From Nitrospirota bacterium (GTDB lineage Bacteria; JACPQY01): a stretch of DNA of 56,015 nt. The notes under the pieces were generated by a model. That model made no database searches, was not told the DNA's origin, and saw only the letters and a list, made by a program, of their open reading frames with translations. The DNA lies in assembly GCA_016180645.1 (NCBI GenBank), contig JACPAV010000023.1, positions 1 through 56,015 on the forward strand, in the 5' to 3' direction. Positions 1-13,051 of the stretch are shown here, in pieces (position 1 is the first letter of the stretch; each line of letters opens with the position of its first letter). A program made the translations under genes and the position numbers.

Positions 1-18
1 TTTCCGCTTCTGTCCCAT
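1..18 (-). CDS. 5' end of a gene running off the left edge (MGQKRK...)
   Basis: Minus-strand ATG at 18, preceded by RBS-like AAGGAGAG (22-29). Too short to identify. Confidence 0.4.
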
Positions 19-162
19 GATCTCTCCTTCCGTTTCTTGAACCTCGATTCTGCCAAAATCTTGGCTTAACCACCTGTCCAAAAAACGGGGGTAACTTCAT
101 TCTGCCCTTCTTCATCCGTTCAGGGTAGCGCCGGGTTGCAGCAGTTGCAATGGCGCTACGAC

Positions 163-1233
163 CTAGAACCAGTAGTCCCGCAAGCGTAGCCACCATCGCT
201 TGCCCTTCGTCAATCCCGCCCGGCATTTTGGGCATGGACCCTTGTGGCTCAAGAACGTTTTGACTGCCTTTTCGCGGTCCCAGTTGACCGGAGGAGTGTT
301 CATCAGGCAGTGATCGGGGTGATCATAATGTTCGGGGAGGAGAAAGAGCATGTGGCCAAGTTCATGAGCTAGGTAATAGATCCCCAGTGCCTGAGGCACA
401 GCGCTAGGTGAGACGTCATCGTATGCCAAGCCGGGAAAATTCAGGAAGGATATGGTCGAGATCATGAGCGCCACTCCTGCCCCGCTAGGGGCGCCGGGAC
501 TCTCATTGGCAAACCCAGACTGTGCAAGCCTCGGTATCAACACACCGTGCGGGACCGGAATGTCCAGAGAATCGAAGAACACCGGCACATTCGTAATAAA
601 CACGTCATAGTCACGTTGAAGACTGAACATGAACCTCCATCCCGTGTGCGTTTGGTATGCAACGGTGTCTCTCCGAACGATGGGTTGACCGTCCACGAGT
701 AGGGACCGGAATCTGTCCCGTTTCTCCACCCACTTGCCCAGCAGCCAACTGTAATAGGTCTGGTAGTCGCGAAATGTCACATTCATGCCCTCCGGGACCG
801 CTGCCTTGAGCTCGTCAACCGGGTACAGCTCAAGCGTATGCCGCTGCTGACTCGACAGTTGGGTGTCAGGCGCTCCCCCGAAAAGCTCCAGCGACATGAA
901 CGGATTGTGCCTGTCGCCGGTTATTTCTTGAAAGTAGTCTTCGATGGGCATCGTGTTCATGTCGGAGAAGCTGATATTCGTGCTTTGAAACTCATCTCTC
1001 ATCGCAAGGAGGGCATGTGTGAATACCAACCGGAGTTGTTCTTCGGGAAGGGAGGGGAATCTCTGGTCATGGAGGTAGACTGTCTTGAGCCTGATCTGCA
1101 CCTTCCTGTTGAAAGTGTCGTCAACGTTGAAATAGGCACAAGAAGCAACCTGACTGCACAACGCAATGCTGAATAGGAGCAGCGCCCAATGGTGGAGAAT
1201 CAGCGTAGGATAATCGGCTGGTCCCCGTAGCAT
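163..1233 (-). CDS. Putative secreted zinc metalloprotease, archaemetzincin-like C-terminal motif
   Basis: 356 aa ORF; hydrophobic N-terminal segment; HELGH zinc motif followed by H..HCLMN and CPKC. Confidence 0.6.
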   Translation of the reverse strand: MLRGPADYPTLILHHWALLLFSIALCSQVASCAYFNVDDTFNRKVQIRLKTVYLHDQRFPSLPEEQLRLVFTHALLAMRDEFQSTNISFSDMNTMPIEDYFQEITGDRHNPFMSLELFGGAPDTQLSSQQRHTLELYPVDELKAAVPEGMNVTFRDYQTYYSWLLGKWVEKRDRFRSLLVDGQPIVRRDTVAYQTHTGWRFMFSLQRDYDVFITNVPVFFDSLDIPVPHGVLIPRLAQSGFANESPGAPSGAGVALMISTISFLNFPGLAYDDVSPSAVPQALGIYYLAHELGHMLFLLPEHYDHPDHCLMNTPPVNWDREKAVKTFLSHKGPCPKCRAGLTKGKRWWLRLRDYWF

Positions 1234-1249
1234 CCTTGACTACTTTGAG

Positions 1250-1702
1250 TCAAAGCCCCGATGTTGAAGAGTAGTGAGTGTACGCCGTGCCGCGGATGAG
1301 GCGGCGGGAGGCCGGGGCGACCTTCCTGGTCGCTTCCGGCACCGCTTCCACATCCTGCGGGCGGGCAGGATCGACCATGAGGTTGGCCTCCTCAAGCGCG
1401 AGAAGCCCAAGAAGGCTTGGATCACCCGGCTCGCCGAAAAGAACGGGAGTGTGGACTCTCACTCCTTCGACCACCATCCAGATATGGCCGAGTTTCCTTT
1501 CCACCTCGCGCCCGTCCGCGAGCTTCAGTGCGACGGCTCTCTCCGGAACAACATCGCAAATCGACAGGGTTTTCGACGGAAGGCAGGAGAACGTCGCCCC
1601 CGTGTCCACTTGTGCCTCGACTTCCGTTCTCTTGCTGAACTCCAGATCCCCGTTTCGCCGCTCGACTTGCCCGAGAATCAGCCTCACTAGAACCGCTCCC
1701 AT
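1250..1702 (-). CDS. Clan AA (retropepsin-like) aspartyl protease
   Basis: AQVDTGATFSCLP catalytic motif, LADGR flap, SLLGLLALE C-terminal motif; TAGATT -10 box 6 nt before ATG. Confidence 0.85.
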   Translation of the reverse strand: MGAVLVRLILGQVERRNGDLEFSKRTEVEAQVDTGATFSCLPSKTLSICDVVPERAVALKLADGREVERKLGHIWMVVEGVRVHTPVLFGEPGDPSLLGLLALEEANLMVDPARPQDVEAVPEATRKVAPASRRLIRGTAYTHYSSTSGL

Positions 1703-1772
1703 ATCACGAATCTAGCACCGGTCCGAGCAAGGTGTCAAAGTCCCCGAGGGGAGGCAAAGACCGTTGGGGGGT

Positions 1773-3245
1773 TCAATGAAACAGGATCGGGCCGACGTAG
1801 AGGAAGACGTAGAGCGTCACCAGCACGGCGGCGGCGAGGTCGAGGAGGAAGCCCGTGCGCATCATGACGGGGAGTCGGATGTAGCCGGAGCCAAAGACAA
1901 TGGCGTTCGGCGGCGTGCCGGCGGGGAGCATGAAATCGCAAGAGGCGGCGATGGCGGAGGCCGAGAGGACGGGGAGCGAACGGGGGAGGACGTTTAACAT
2001 CACGTTTACTGTCGCCGTATTCGAGGCGACGGCGGAGAGAAGGACCGTCGCCACACTTGTCAGGCCGATTTGCCAGATCAACGGAAACTCCGCGAGCGCC
2101 CGCAATTGCCCGGCCAGCCACGCAGAGAGTCCGCTCTCCTCGATTCCCGAGGCCATCGCAAAGCTGCCGCCGAGGAGAACGAGCGTTCCCCAGGGAAGAC
2201 GTCGGATCGATCGAAAGGACACGAGTCGCATCCCCACGAGCGAGAGGCCGGCCGACATTGCCACCCACGACTCGTAATGTTTGCCCTGAAACTTGAAACC
2301 CGTCCAGAACTCCGGGACAAAAGGGGCGATGGTTTGGCGCAACGGACTTCCTGCGATCCACAGGACGGCGGCGAGCCCAAAAACCAGCGCGATGCGCTTC
2401 TCTTCGCGCTTCATCGGACCCAAGGCCACGATCTCTCGCTGCAAGACGGAGCCCCCTTGCCCTTCAGGGATCCTATCTTTCCGGCCCGTGCGCCAAAGCA
2501 CCAGCCAGACTACTGGGAGGAACAACACCACGAACGGGACGCCAACCGCCATGTACTTTGCGAAACTGATTTCCACGCCGAGCTTGTCGGCGAGGAAACC
2601 GCAGAAAATCGAATTCGTGCCGGTGCCGATTTTTGTGCCGATTCCGCCGACGTTTGCCGCGTAGGCTACCGCGAGCATGATGGCGCTTCCGAAGTGGTGG
2701 AGCCTCCGTCCTCCCGACTCGGTTTCCAGTTGGGCAATCAGCGCCATCCCGATCGGCATCATCATGACGGCCGTGGCCGTATTCGAGATCCAGAGAGAAA
2801 CAATGGCGGTCGCCACAAGCACGCCCAGGAGCAGCCGCTTGGGGTCCGTGCCGATGACCCTCATGATGTGGAGGGCGATTCGACGATGGAGATTCCACTG
2901 TTCCATGGCGGCACCGATCATCATCCCTCCGAGGAATAGAAAGATGTAGGCGTCGAAGTAGGGCGAAGAGGATTGGGCGACGTTGTGAACGAGGCCGCCG
3001 CCAAATACGCCGAGGGTGGGGAAGAGAACAAGCGGCACCGCCGCCGTCCACGCCATCGGCAAGGCTTCGGTGAACCACCAGACGGCCATGAGCGCGGCCA
3101 CGGCCGCTGCGTAGGCGGGCCTTGAGCCAAATCCTTCAATCCGGTGGAGGCCGGAGGGCAGGAAAGCGAAGGCCGAGAAGGCGAGAACGCCGAGACCAAG
3201 GCCCGCACGCTGCCACGGGGTTTGGAGAAATCTGAGATTCTTCAC
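1773..3245 (-). CDS. SLC13/DASS family sodium:dicarboxylate/sulfate symporter
   Basis: Multi-TM protein with WWFTEALP, ISNTATA, ASNTAT and FMLPAGTPPNAIVFG signatures. Confidence 0.93.
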   Translation of the reverse strand: MKNLRFLQTPWQRAGLGLGVLAFSAFAFLPSGLHRIEGFGSRPAYAAAVAALMAVWWFTEALPMAWTAAVPLVLFPTLGVFGGGLVHNVAQSSSPYFDAYIFLFLGGMMIGAAMEQWNLHRRIALHIMRVIGTDPKRLLLGVLVATAIVSLWISNTATAVMMMPIGMALIAQLETESGGRRLHHFGSAIMLAVAYAANVGGIGTKIGTGTNSIFCGFLADKLGVEISFAKYMAVGVPFVVLFLPVVWLVLWRTGRKDRIPEGQGGSVLQREIVALGPMKREEKRIALVFGLAAVLWIAGSPLRQTIAPFVPEFWTGFKFQGKHYESWVAMSAGLSLVGMRLVSFRSIRRLPWGTLVLLGGSFAMASGIEESGLSAWLAGQLRALAEFPLIWQIGLTSVATVLLSAVASNTATVNVMLNVLPRSLPVLSASAIAASCDFMLPAGTPPNAIVFGSGYIRLPVMMRTGFLLDLAAAVLVTLYVFLYVGPILFH

Positions 3246-3353
3246 TCGCTCCGCTCGCTCAGAAAGACATCCTAGCGCGTCGTTACGAGCAAAGCGAAGG
3301 ATCGGGATGGATCAGGAAATCCTCGCTGACCGCTGAAAACTGACTGCTGAGAG

Positions 3354-4406
3354 CTATCCTAGAATGTTGTAGAACGAGGAGGCGTCGAAGTCGACGAACT
3401 CGGCCTTGTGGTCGCTGATGCCGTAGCCACTGAGGATGCCGCCCTTTGTACCGGAAGGAAAGCCGCGGACGAAGATGTAGTCGAGGTGGAAAATCGTCTG
3501 CGTGATCCCGGAGCCTTCGACGTTCGTGAAGCCGGCGTCCTTGAACGCGCCCACGACGGGTTCCAGCTCGCCGCCCGCGGTGTTGAAGTCGCCGGATACG
3601 AGATGCATCTTGGTAAAGTCCGGGTTGGGGATCGCCGCGATGATCTCCTGTCCCTGCTCCTTTCGCGTTCCCGCCATCGTCTTAACCTCGAGGTGCGCGG
3701 ATACCGAGCGGACGAGGCGGCCGCTGATCGAGACATCGACCATCATCGCGCAGCGGGTGCCGAGGGGCGGATTTGAGTCCAGTTCGCGCTTGTAGATGTG
3801 GCGAACGACCTGCGGGTTGTGAAGCGGGAACTTGCTCAGGACGGCGTTGCCGCTGTAACCGGGCGCATAGCTGAACTCGCGGCAGAAGTAGTAGTTCATA
3901 CGGAGGGCCTTCGCCAGCTCGCGCGGTGCATTTCGATTCCCCGTGGCTTCGGACTCGGTGTAGATCTCCTGCACGTTGATGATCGAGGCGTTTTTGAGGT
4001 TCGATTCGGTCTGGAACTTCGAGATCATGTCATCCAGTTTTTCGCCGTGGGCCACGTTCCAGGAGATCAAACGAACGCTGTTCGGTTGATAGGTGCTGAC
4101 ATTCGCATCGCTATAGTTGCCGGACTCGACCTTGCAGAATTCCGCGCCCGCGGACAGATCGCCGAAGCACTTGCCGGCTGGCAACGTGCCGTCTGCATTC
4201 GCCTGCCAACCGCCGGAGCCGTTCCAAATGGGGGGTGGTTGAAAGGGTGTGCCTCCGCCTCCACCACCGCCCCCACCCCCGCAGCTTCCACTTTCCTCGG
4301 AGGTGAGGAAGGCAAACACGAACGCACATAAAGCCGCTTTGCCAAGCCGACCGAAGCCTAGGTTGATCATGTCCTTCCTAGAGCGGCGCCCGTGCCAGCG
4401 TCCCAT
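3354..4406 (-). CDS. Endonuclease/exonuclease/phosphatase (EEP) family protein, exported, with poly-Gly linker
   Basis: SWNV, QE, GNAVLSKFP, GDFN, LDYIF and SDH motifs; hydrophobic N-terminal stretch then C-G10. True start may be a later Met. Confidence 0.85.
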   Translation of the reverse strand: MGRWHGRRSRKDMINLGFGRLGKAALCAFVFAFLTSEESGSCGGGGGGGGGGTPFQPPPIWNGSGGWQANADGTLPAGKCFGDLSAGAEFCKVESGNYSDANVSTYQPNSVRLISWNVAHGEKLDDMISKFQTESNLKNASIINVQEIYTESEATGNRNAPRELAKALRMNYYFCREFSYAPGYSGNAVLSKFPLHNPQVVRHIYKRELDSNPPLGTRCAMMVDVSISGRLVRSVSAHLEVKTMAGTRKEQGQEIIAAIPNPDFTKMHLVSGDFNTAGGELEPVVGAFKDAGFTNVEGSGITQTIFHLDYIFVRGFPSGTKGGILSGYGISDHKAEFVDFDASSFYNILG

Positions 4407-4533
4407 GGCGTTCCCCCTTGAATTTACATGTGAAATAAGGCGCGAGCGGGAGAACCGGTATCAAAAATGATATTCGGCCATAATTTCGATGCTAGCCCCC
4501 AATCGGATCGAGATATAGTCTCGGTTTCCGCAC

Positions 4534-4563
4534 TTGAATTCCTATCATAACCAGCTTATGATA
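4534..4563 (+). promoter_or_regulatory. Sigma-70 promoter with overlapping palindromic operator for the downstream TA pair
   Basis: TTGAAT(4534)-17 bp-TATGAT(4557); inverted repeat TATCATAA-CCAGC-TTATGATA at 4543-4563; ATG 7 nt after the -10. Confidence 0.7.
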
Positions 4564-4569
4564 TATTCC

Positions 4570-4836
4570 ATGGACGCATCCGTAAGGAAGTACTTGGCGA
4601 TGATTGGACGGCGTGGGGGAAGTGTCAGTCGGCGCACTCTTAGCGTCGAGACGGCCCGAATGATGGTCAAGATCCGCGACGCCCGACGGGCATATCGATT
4701 GTTTTTTGCCCAGTGTTTCTGGTCGTACGATCCGAACTTCAACATCACGGCGCAAGACGTGCCTTGGGTGGCCGCGCAGTTGATGAAGCACGGCGGTCGA
4801 CGCGCCTGGGAAATCGGGAGCCGACTGTGCCGTTAA
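4570..4836 (+). CDS. Putative antitoxin partner of the downstream nucleotidyltransferase
   Basis: Small basic ORF with a CFWSYD...QLMKHG segment; overlaps the next gene by 10 nt. Confidence 0.6.
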   Translation: MDASVRKYLAMIGRRGGSVSRRTLSVETARMMVKIRDARRAYRLFFAQCFWSYDPNFNITAQDVPWVAAQLMKHGGRRAWEIGSRLCR

Positions 4837-5618
4837 CCGACTATCAGGCGGCGTTGGGCCGGTTGCTTGCGGCCAATCGAAGCGAGGACAGTTATCTGGC
4901 CGGAGGCGCCGCCCTGCTCTCCCAACCCCATTCGCAACGTTTCAGCCAGGACCTCGATTATTTCCATGATTCCCCGACGCGCGTGGCCACGGCCTTCGAA
5001 GCCGATCGCCGGACGTTAGACGCAGACGGGCACTCCGTCCATCCCGACATCGTATTGCCCGGGTATGTCCGCGCGGTCATCCGTCGGGGCCGTGAAGCGA
5101 CCAAGGTGGAATGGGCACACGAATCCAGTTGGCGATTCATGCCGGTCATCCGGAGCGACGCCTTCGGTTACCAGTTACACCCGATCGACCTGGCCACCAA
5201 CAAGGTCCTCACCGTCGCCGGCCGCGATGAACCCCGCGACATCCTGGACGCCTTGCAGTGCCATCGGGATATCCTGGAGCTCGGTCCATTGGTATGGGCG
5301 GCCTCCGGCAAGGACCCCGGGCTGTCTCCCCGACTCATCATAGAGCTGCTCAAACGGCGCGGGAGCATCAGGCCGGAAGATCTGGCACGCCTCCACCTGA
5401 CCGTGTCTCTCGATGTGCATGAAATCAAGACCGCCTGGTTGGAGGCGCTGGAAGGCGCGGAATCGTTCGTGGGGAGGCGTCCACCTGATGAAATCGGGTG
5501 CCTGTACTACTCATCCGAACAAAGTCGCTTCGTGAACCCGGATCGCGCTGTCCCCGGCAGCTTCGTCCCGCACTACGGACGTCCCGGCGGGATCATTCCT
5601 CGGATGGTCTCGGAGTAG
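4827..5618 (+). CDS. AbiEii-like nucleotidyltransferase (type IV TA toxin-like)
   Basis: YLAGGAAL, RFSQDLDYF, NK and RDEPRDILD motifs. Probable GTG start at 4827. Confidence 0.75.
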   Translation: MPLTDYQAALGRLLAANRSEDSYLAGGAALLSQPHSQRFSQDLDYFHDSPTRVATAFEADRRTLDADGHSVHPDIVLPGYVRAVIRRGREATKVEWAHESSWRFMPVIRSDAFGYQLHPIDLATNKVLTVAGRDEPRDILDALQCHRDILELGPLVWAASGKDPGLSPRLIIELLKRRGSIRPEDLARLHLTVSLDVHEIKTAWLEALEGAESFVGRRPPDEIGCLYYSSEQSRFVNPDRAVPGSFVPHYGRPGGIIPRMVSE

Positions 5619-5656
5619 CCGACTGCTGACCTATCGAGGCCGAACCTCAATAGTAC

Positions 5657-6049
5657 TTAATCCACTTCGGTGATTTCAGGGTCGCGCGTGTCGCGTCCGA
5701 TCCTGACCGTCGTACTCCCGTTGTTGTTCAAGATACGGATATCCCACGCTTGCATGGTCTTGGCCCCGATCAACAAATCTTGGGCCAAGTCGGGCGATAT
5801 CAGAGCTTCATCTTCTATGATCCGACCCTCCAGCTTCATGACAAGGAAGGTGACGCCCACGATGCGAAGTTTTCCCCCTTCCGCGGCGGTGCGCATTTCC
5901 CGGGTTACGCCTCCGATCACTTGCGTTCCTTCCGGGAGCCGATCCTGTCGCACGATGGTCGGATAGCAGCCTGAATCCACAACGGCCCGGACCTGCGCTC
6001 GACGTCCGTCCCACGTCTCAATCTCCGTATCCCGAATCGGCTTGCTCAC
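5657..6049 (-). CDS. Retropepsin-like aspartyl protease
   Basis: AVVDSGCYPT motif and LLIGAKTMQAWDI C-terminal motif; TACCCT 6 nt before GTG. Confidence 0.75.
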   Translation of the reverse strand: MSKPIRDTEIETWDGRRAQVRAVVDSGCYPTIVRQDRLPEGTQVIGGVTREMRTAAEGGKLRIVGVTFLVMKLEGRIIEDEALISPDLAQDLLIGAKTMQAWDIRILNNNGSTTVRIGRDTRDPEITEVD

Positions 6050-6208
6050 AGGAAAAGGGTACGCCGGTGAGCGTGGGATGTAAAGGCGGGGCGCGATCCG
6101 CTACGGAACTGGCGGCGACATGGACGGTGGTTTCACCCCTCAAGAACGGGTCGGCATCCAGCCATCGCAGCCGCTTCGGCGGAGTAGGCAGCCCGCCCGG
6201 CCATGCCC

Positions 6209-6298
6209 TCAAGGCAGAGGCGGGGCGTAGACTTCGTTCGTCGTTAGATTGCTTGGGTTACTTCCGCCGATGGCGTAGATCTTGCCGTTCACGGCCGC
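6209..6298 (-). pseudogene. Orphan C-terminal Kelch-repeat fragment
   Basis: Minus strand reads AAVNGKIYAIGGSNPSNLTTNEVYAPPLP-stop; in-frame stop at 6353-6355 with no start codon between it and the start of the motif. Confidence 0.7.
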
Positions 6299-6463
6299 CC
6301 ACGTACTTTCCCCGGGAGGGAATTGACCCTGGAACCTGTTTCGAATCTTCCCTTACCCCCCTTCGCGAAAAGGGGAATGCGGGGATGGCCCGGTCATTTA
6401 ATCCAGGCCGCAAGCAGAGGTGTTTGTCATTCCACGGGGGTTGTGCCTAAAATGCCGCCCGCC

Positions 6464-7600
6464 ATGGCCAGACAATATCTATTCGCACCCGGGCCAACGC
6501 AGCTACCGGAGGAAATTCTTCTCGAGATGGCCCAGCCGATCACCTATCACCGCGGACCCAAGTTCAAGGCCATCCTTCAGGAAGTTCGCGAGGATCTGAA
6601 AACGGTTTTCCAGACGAAACAGGACGTGCTGGTACTCACGTCGAGCGGCTCGGGCGCGATGGAAGGCGCGGTGACCAACATCCTGTCCAAAGGCGACAAG
6701 GCCGTCGTGGTTGAGGGTGGAAAGTTCGGCGAACGATGGGCGGACGTCTGCAAGGCCTACGGCGTTCAGGCGGAAGTCCTCCACGTGGAATGGGGCAAAG
6801 CGGTGGACCCTGCCGTTGTTCGCAAAGCGGTCCAGAACGGGAAAGACGTCAAAGCCGTTTTCGTCCAAGCCAGCGAGACATCTACCGGCGTGATGCACCC
6901 CGTGAAGGAGATCGCCGAAATCACAAGATCAATGCCCGACACGCTCTTGGTGGTCGATGGCATTACCGCGGTCGGCGTCTTCCCCGTCCCCATGGATCAG
7001 TGGGGGATCGACGTGCTGGTTTCCGGCTCGCAGAAGGCCTTCATGCTGCCGCCAGGTTTGGGATTTGCAGCGCTCAGCGAAAAAGCGTGGGCAAGAGCCA
7101 AGACGTCCAATCTGCCGAAATTCTATTTCAATCTGTCGAAGGAGCTGGAATCTCAGAAGAAGAACGAAACCGGATTCACGCCGGCGATCACACTGATCGT
7201 CGCCCTGCGCAAAGCTCTGAAGATGATCAAAGAAGAGGGACTGGAAAATGTCTTCGCCCGGCACGACAAGCTCGCCCGCGCCACCCGCGAAGCGATGAAG
7301 GCGATCGGCTTGGAGCTTTTCGCCCAAACGCCATCGAACGCCTGCACCGCCGTGAAAGTGCCCGTGGGCGTGGATGGTGAAAAAATCCCCAAGCACATCC
7401 GCGAGAAGTACGGCATCACGATCGCGGGCGGTCAGTCCCAGTTGAAAGGCAAGATCTTCCGCATCGCTCACCTGGGGTACTACAATCCGTTTGACATGGT
7501 GATGGTCATGTCCGCGGTCGAAATGACGTTGCGGGATCTTGGACACGAATTTTCCATCGGCGCGGGCGTGAAGAAGATGCAGGAAATGCTGGCCCAATAG
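6464..7600 (+). CDS. Class V PLP aminotransferase (alanine-glyoxylate/serine-pyruvate family), probably the phosphoserine aminotransferase step
   Basis: APGPT, SGSGAMEG, ETSTGV and SGSQKAFMLPPGL motifs; directly upstream of serA. Confidence 0.92.
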   Translation: MARQYLFAPGPTQLPEEILLEMAQPITYHRGPKFKAILQEVREDLKTVFQTKQDVLVLTSSGSGAMEGAVTNILSKGDKAVVVEGGKFGERWADVCKAYGVQAEVLHVEWGKAVDPAVVRKAVQNGKDVKAVFVQASETSTGVMHPVKEIAEITRSMPDTLLVVDGITAVGVFPVPMDQWGIDVLVSGSQKAFMLPPGLGFAALSEKAWARAKTSNLPKFYFNLSKELESQKKNETGFTPAITLIVALRKALKMIKEEGLENVFARHDKLARATREAMKAIGLELFAQTPSNACTAVKVPVGVDGEKIPKHIREKYGITIAGGQSQLKGKIFRIAHLGYYNPFDMVMVMSAVEMTLRDLGHEFSIGAGVKKMQEMLAQ

Positions 7601-7633
7601 GGGCCGGGGACCAGAGAGCAGGGGTCAGAGAAT

Positions 7634-9223
7634 ATGGCCGTTTCAGTTCTGCTGTCCGATACGCTTTCGGAGGAGGGGTTGCGACTCCTTCGTTCCGCTT
7701 CCAACCTGAAGGTGGACGTGAAGCCGGGTCTTCCCGAGAAAGAACTCATTGGCCTGATCAAGTCCTACGACGCCCTCGTAGTGCGAAGCGGAACCAAAGT
7801 GACCAAGCCGATTATCGAGGCGGCGGACAATCTGAAAGTGATCGGCCGGGCCGGGACGGGCGTGGACAACATCGACGTTGAAGCGGCCACGAAAAAAGGG
7901 ATCATCGTCATGAACACGCCGGGCGGGAACACGATCACTACCGCGGAACACACCTTTGCCATGATCATGTCCCTCGCGCGCAAGATTCCGCAAGCCCATA
8001 TGCTTCTCCACAAGGGCAAGTGGGCCAAGGGCGAGCTCATGGGAACCGAACTGTTCGGGAAGACCTTGGGCGTGGTCGGTCTCGGAAAAATCGGACGCGT
8101 GGTGGCCGAGCGCGCGCTCGCCTTCAAGATGAACGTGATCGCCACCGACCCGTACGTCACCGCCGAAGCCGGACGCAAGATGGGCGTTGAGATCGGATCG
8201 CTGGACGACGTGCTTCGCCGGGCGGACATCCTCACCGTTCACACGCCCCTAACGACCGAAACCACCAAATTTCTGAACGACGCGGTGTTTGAGAAAATGA
8301 AAACGGGCGTCCTGCTCGTCAATTGCGCGAGGGGCGAACTTATGGATGAGGACGCGTTGATTCGCGCGCTGAAATCCGGGCGCGTCGCCGGCGCCGCTCT
8401 CGACGTGTTCCACAAGGAGCCGCTGCCGGCCGACCATCCGTTGCTCGGCCTAGACAACGTCATCACCACGCCGCATCTCGGCGCCGCCACGAAGGAGGCG
8501 CAGGTGAACGTGGCCGTGGCCGTGGCGCAGCAAATTATCGAGTTCTTCGCGAACGGCGTGGCCCGCGGGGCGGTGAACTTCCCCGCGGTCTCCCCGGAAA
8601 CGCTCGATCTCCTCCGGCCCTACATGAACCTGGCGGAAAAAATCGGCCTGCTCCAGTCGCAAATGTTTCGGGGCAAGGTGGAGGAGATCCGGATGGAATA
8701 CTCCGGACACGTTGCGGAATATGAAACCGAGCCCATCACCCTTTCGGCCCTCAAGGGGTTTTTTACTCCCCTTCTGACCGACCGCGTCACCTTTGTGAAT
8801 GCCCCCGTTATCGCCCGCGAGCGAGGAATCCGCGTGGAAGAATCGAAATCGAAAGCCGCCAAAGATTTTGTCAGCCTCCTGACGATCACCGTGGGCGATG
8901 GGCGGAACCGCCTCAGCGTGGCCGGCACTCTTTTCGGGCAGAAGGAGCCCCGGCTCGTGCGCATCAATGATTTCATCCTGGAGGCCGTACCCGAGGGAAC
9001 GATTCTGATTTTCGAGAATGACGACAAGCCGGGCGTCATCGGGAACGTCGGCACCACGCTCGGCCGGAACGGTGTGAACATCGCCGGGATGGCGAATGGC
9101 CGGTTGAGCTCCGGGGGACGGGCCATCGCGCTTTACAACATCGATTCGAAAGTCCCGCCCGCGCTGCTCGACGAGCTCGCGAAGCTTCCGAACATCCGCT
9201 CAGCCCTTCAGGTGCAACTATGA
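7634..9223 (+). CDS. serA: D-3-phosphoglycerate dehydrogenase
   Basis: GRAGTGVDNID, GLGKIG and TPHLGA motifs; C-terminal ASB and ACT (DKPGVIG) domains. Confidence 0.97.
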   Translation: MAVSVLLSDTLSEEGLRLLRSASNLKVDVKPGLPEKELIGLIKSYDALVVRSGTKVTKPIIEAADNLKVIGRAGTGVDNIDVEAATKKGIIVMNTPGGNTITTAEHTFAMIMSLARKIPQAHMLLHKGKWAKGELMGTELFGKTLGVVGLGKIGRVVAERALAFKMNVIATDPYVTAEAGRKMGVEIGSLDDVLRRADILTVHTPLTTETTKFLNDAVFEKMKTGVLLVNCARGELMDEDALIRALKSGRVAGAALDVFHKEPLPADHPLLGLDNVITTPHLGAATKEAQVNVAVAVAQQIIEFFANGVARGAVNFPAVSPETLDLLRPYMNLAEKIGLLQSQMFRGKVEEIRMEYSGHVAEYETEPITLSALKGFFTPLLTDRVTFVNAPVIARERGIRVEESKSKAAKDFVSLLTITVGDGRNRLSVAGTLFGQKEPRLVRINDFILEAVPEGTILIFENDDKPGVIGNVGTTLGRNGVNIAGMANGRLSSGGRAIALYNIDSKVPPALLDELAKLPNIRSALQVQL

Positions 9224-9224
9224 A

Positions 9225-9320
9225 GCGGTCAGCATTCAGCAATCCGCGGTCAGCTACTGAAACATCCTCATCACTCTTGGACCGTGGGCTGAGAGCCGAA
9301 TGCTGACGGCTGATCGCTTT
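9225..9320. repeat. Inverted pair of heptamer-periodic (..TCAGC / GCTGA..) repeats, hairpin-forming
   Basis: GCGGTCAGCATTCAGC...GGTCAGC facing GCTGAGAGCCGAATGCTGACGGCTGATCGC; related arrays at 3326-3356 and 27634-27695. Confidence 0.6.
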
Positions 9321-9325
9321 CAGAC

Positions 9326-13023
<3,698 letters not shown>

Positions 13024-13027
<4 letters not shown>

Positions 13028-13051
13028 GGGCGAGGCATGCCTCGCCCCTAC
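13024..13051. repeat. Perfect 28-bp GTAG-type REP palindrome between convergent genes
   Basis: GTAGGGGCGAGGCATGCCTCGCCCCTAC is its own reverse complement. Confidence 0.85.

Noticed and set aside
4249-4282. Phase-variable simple sequence repeat in the EEP gene
   Set aside because: The poly-Gly tract uses mixed codons and stays in frame; it is a protein linker.
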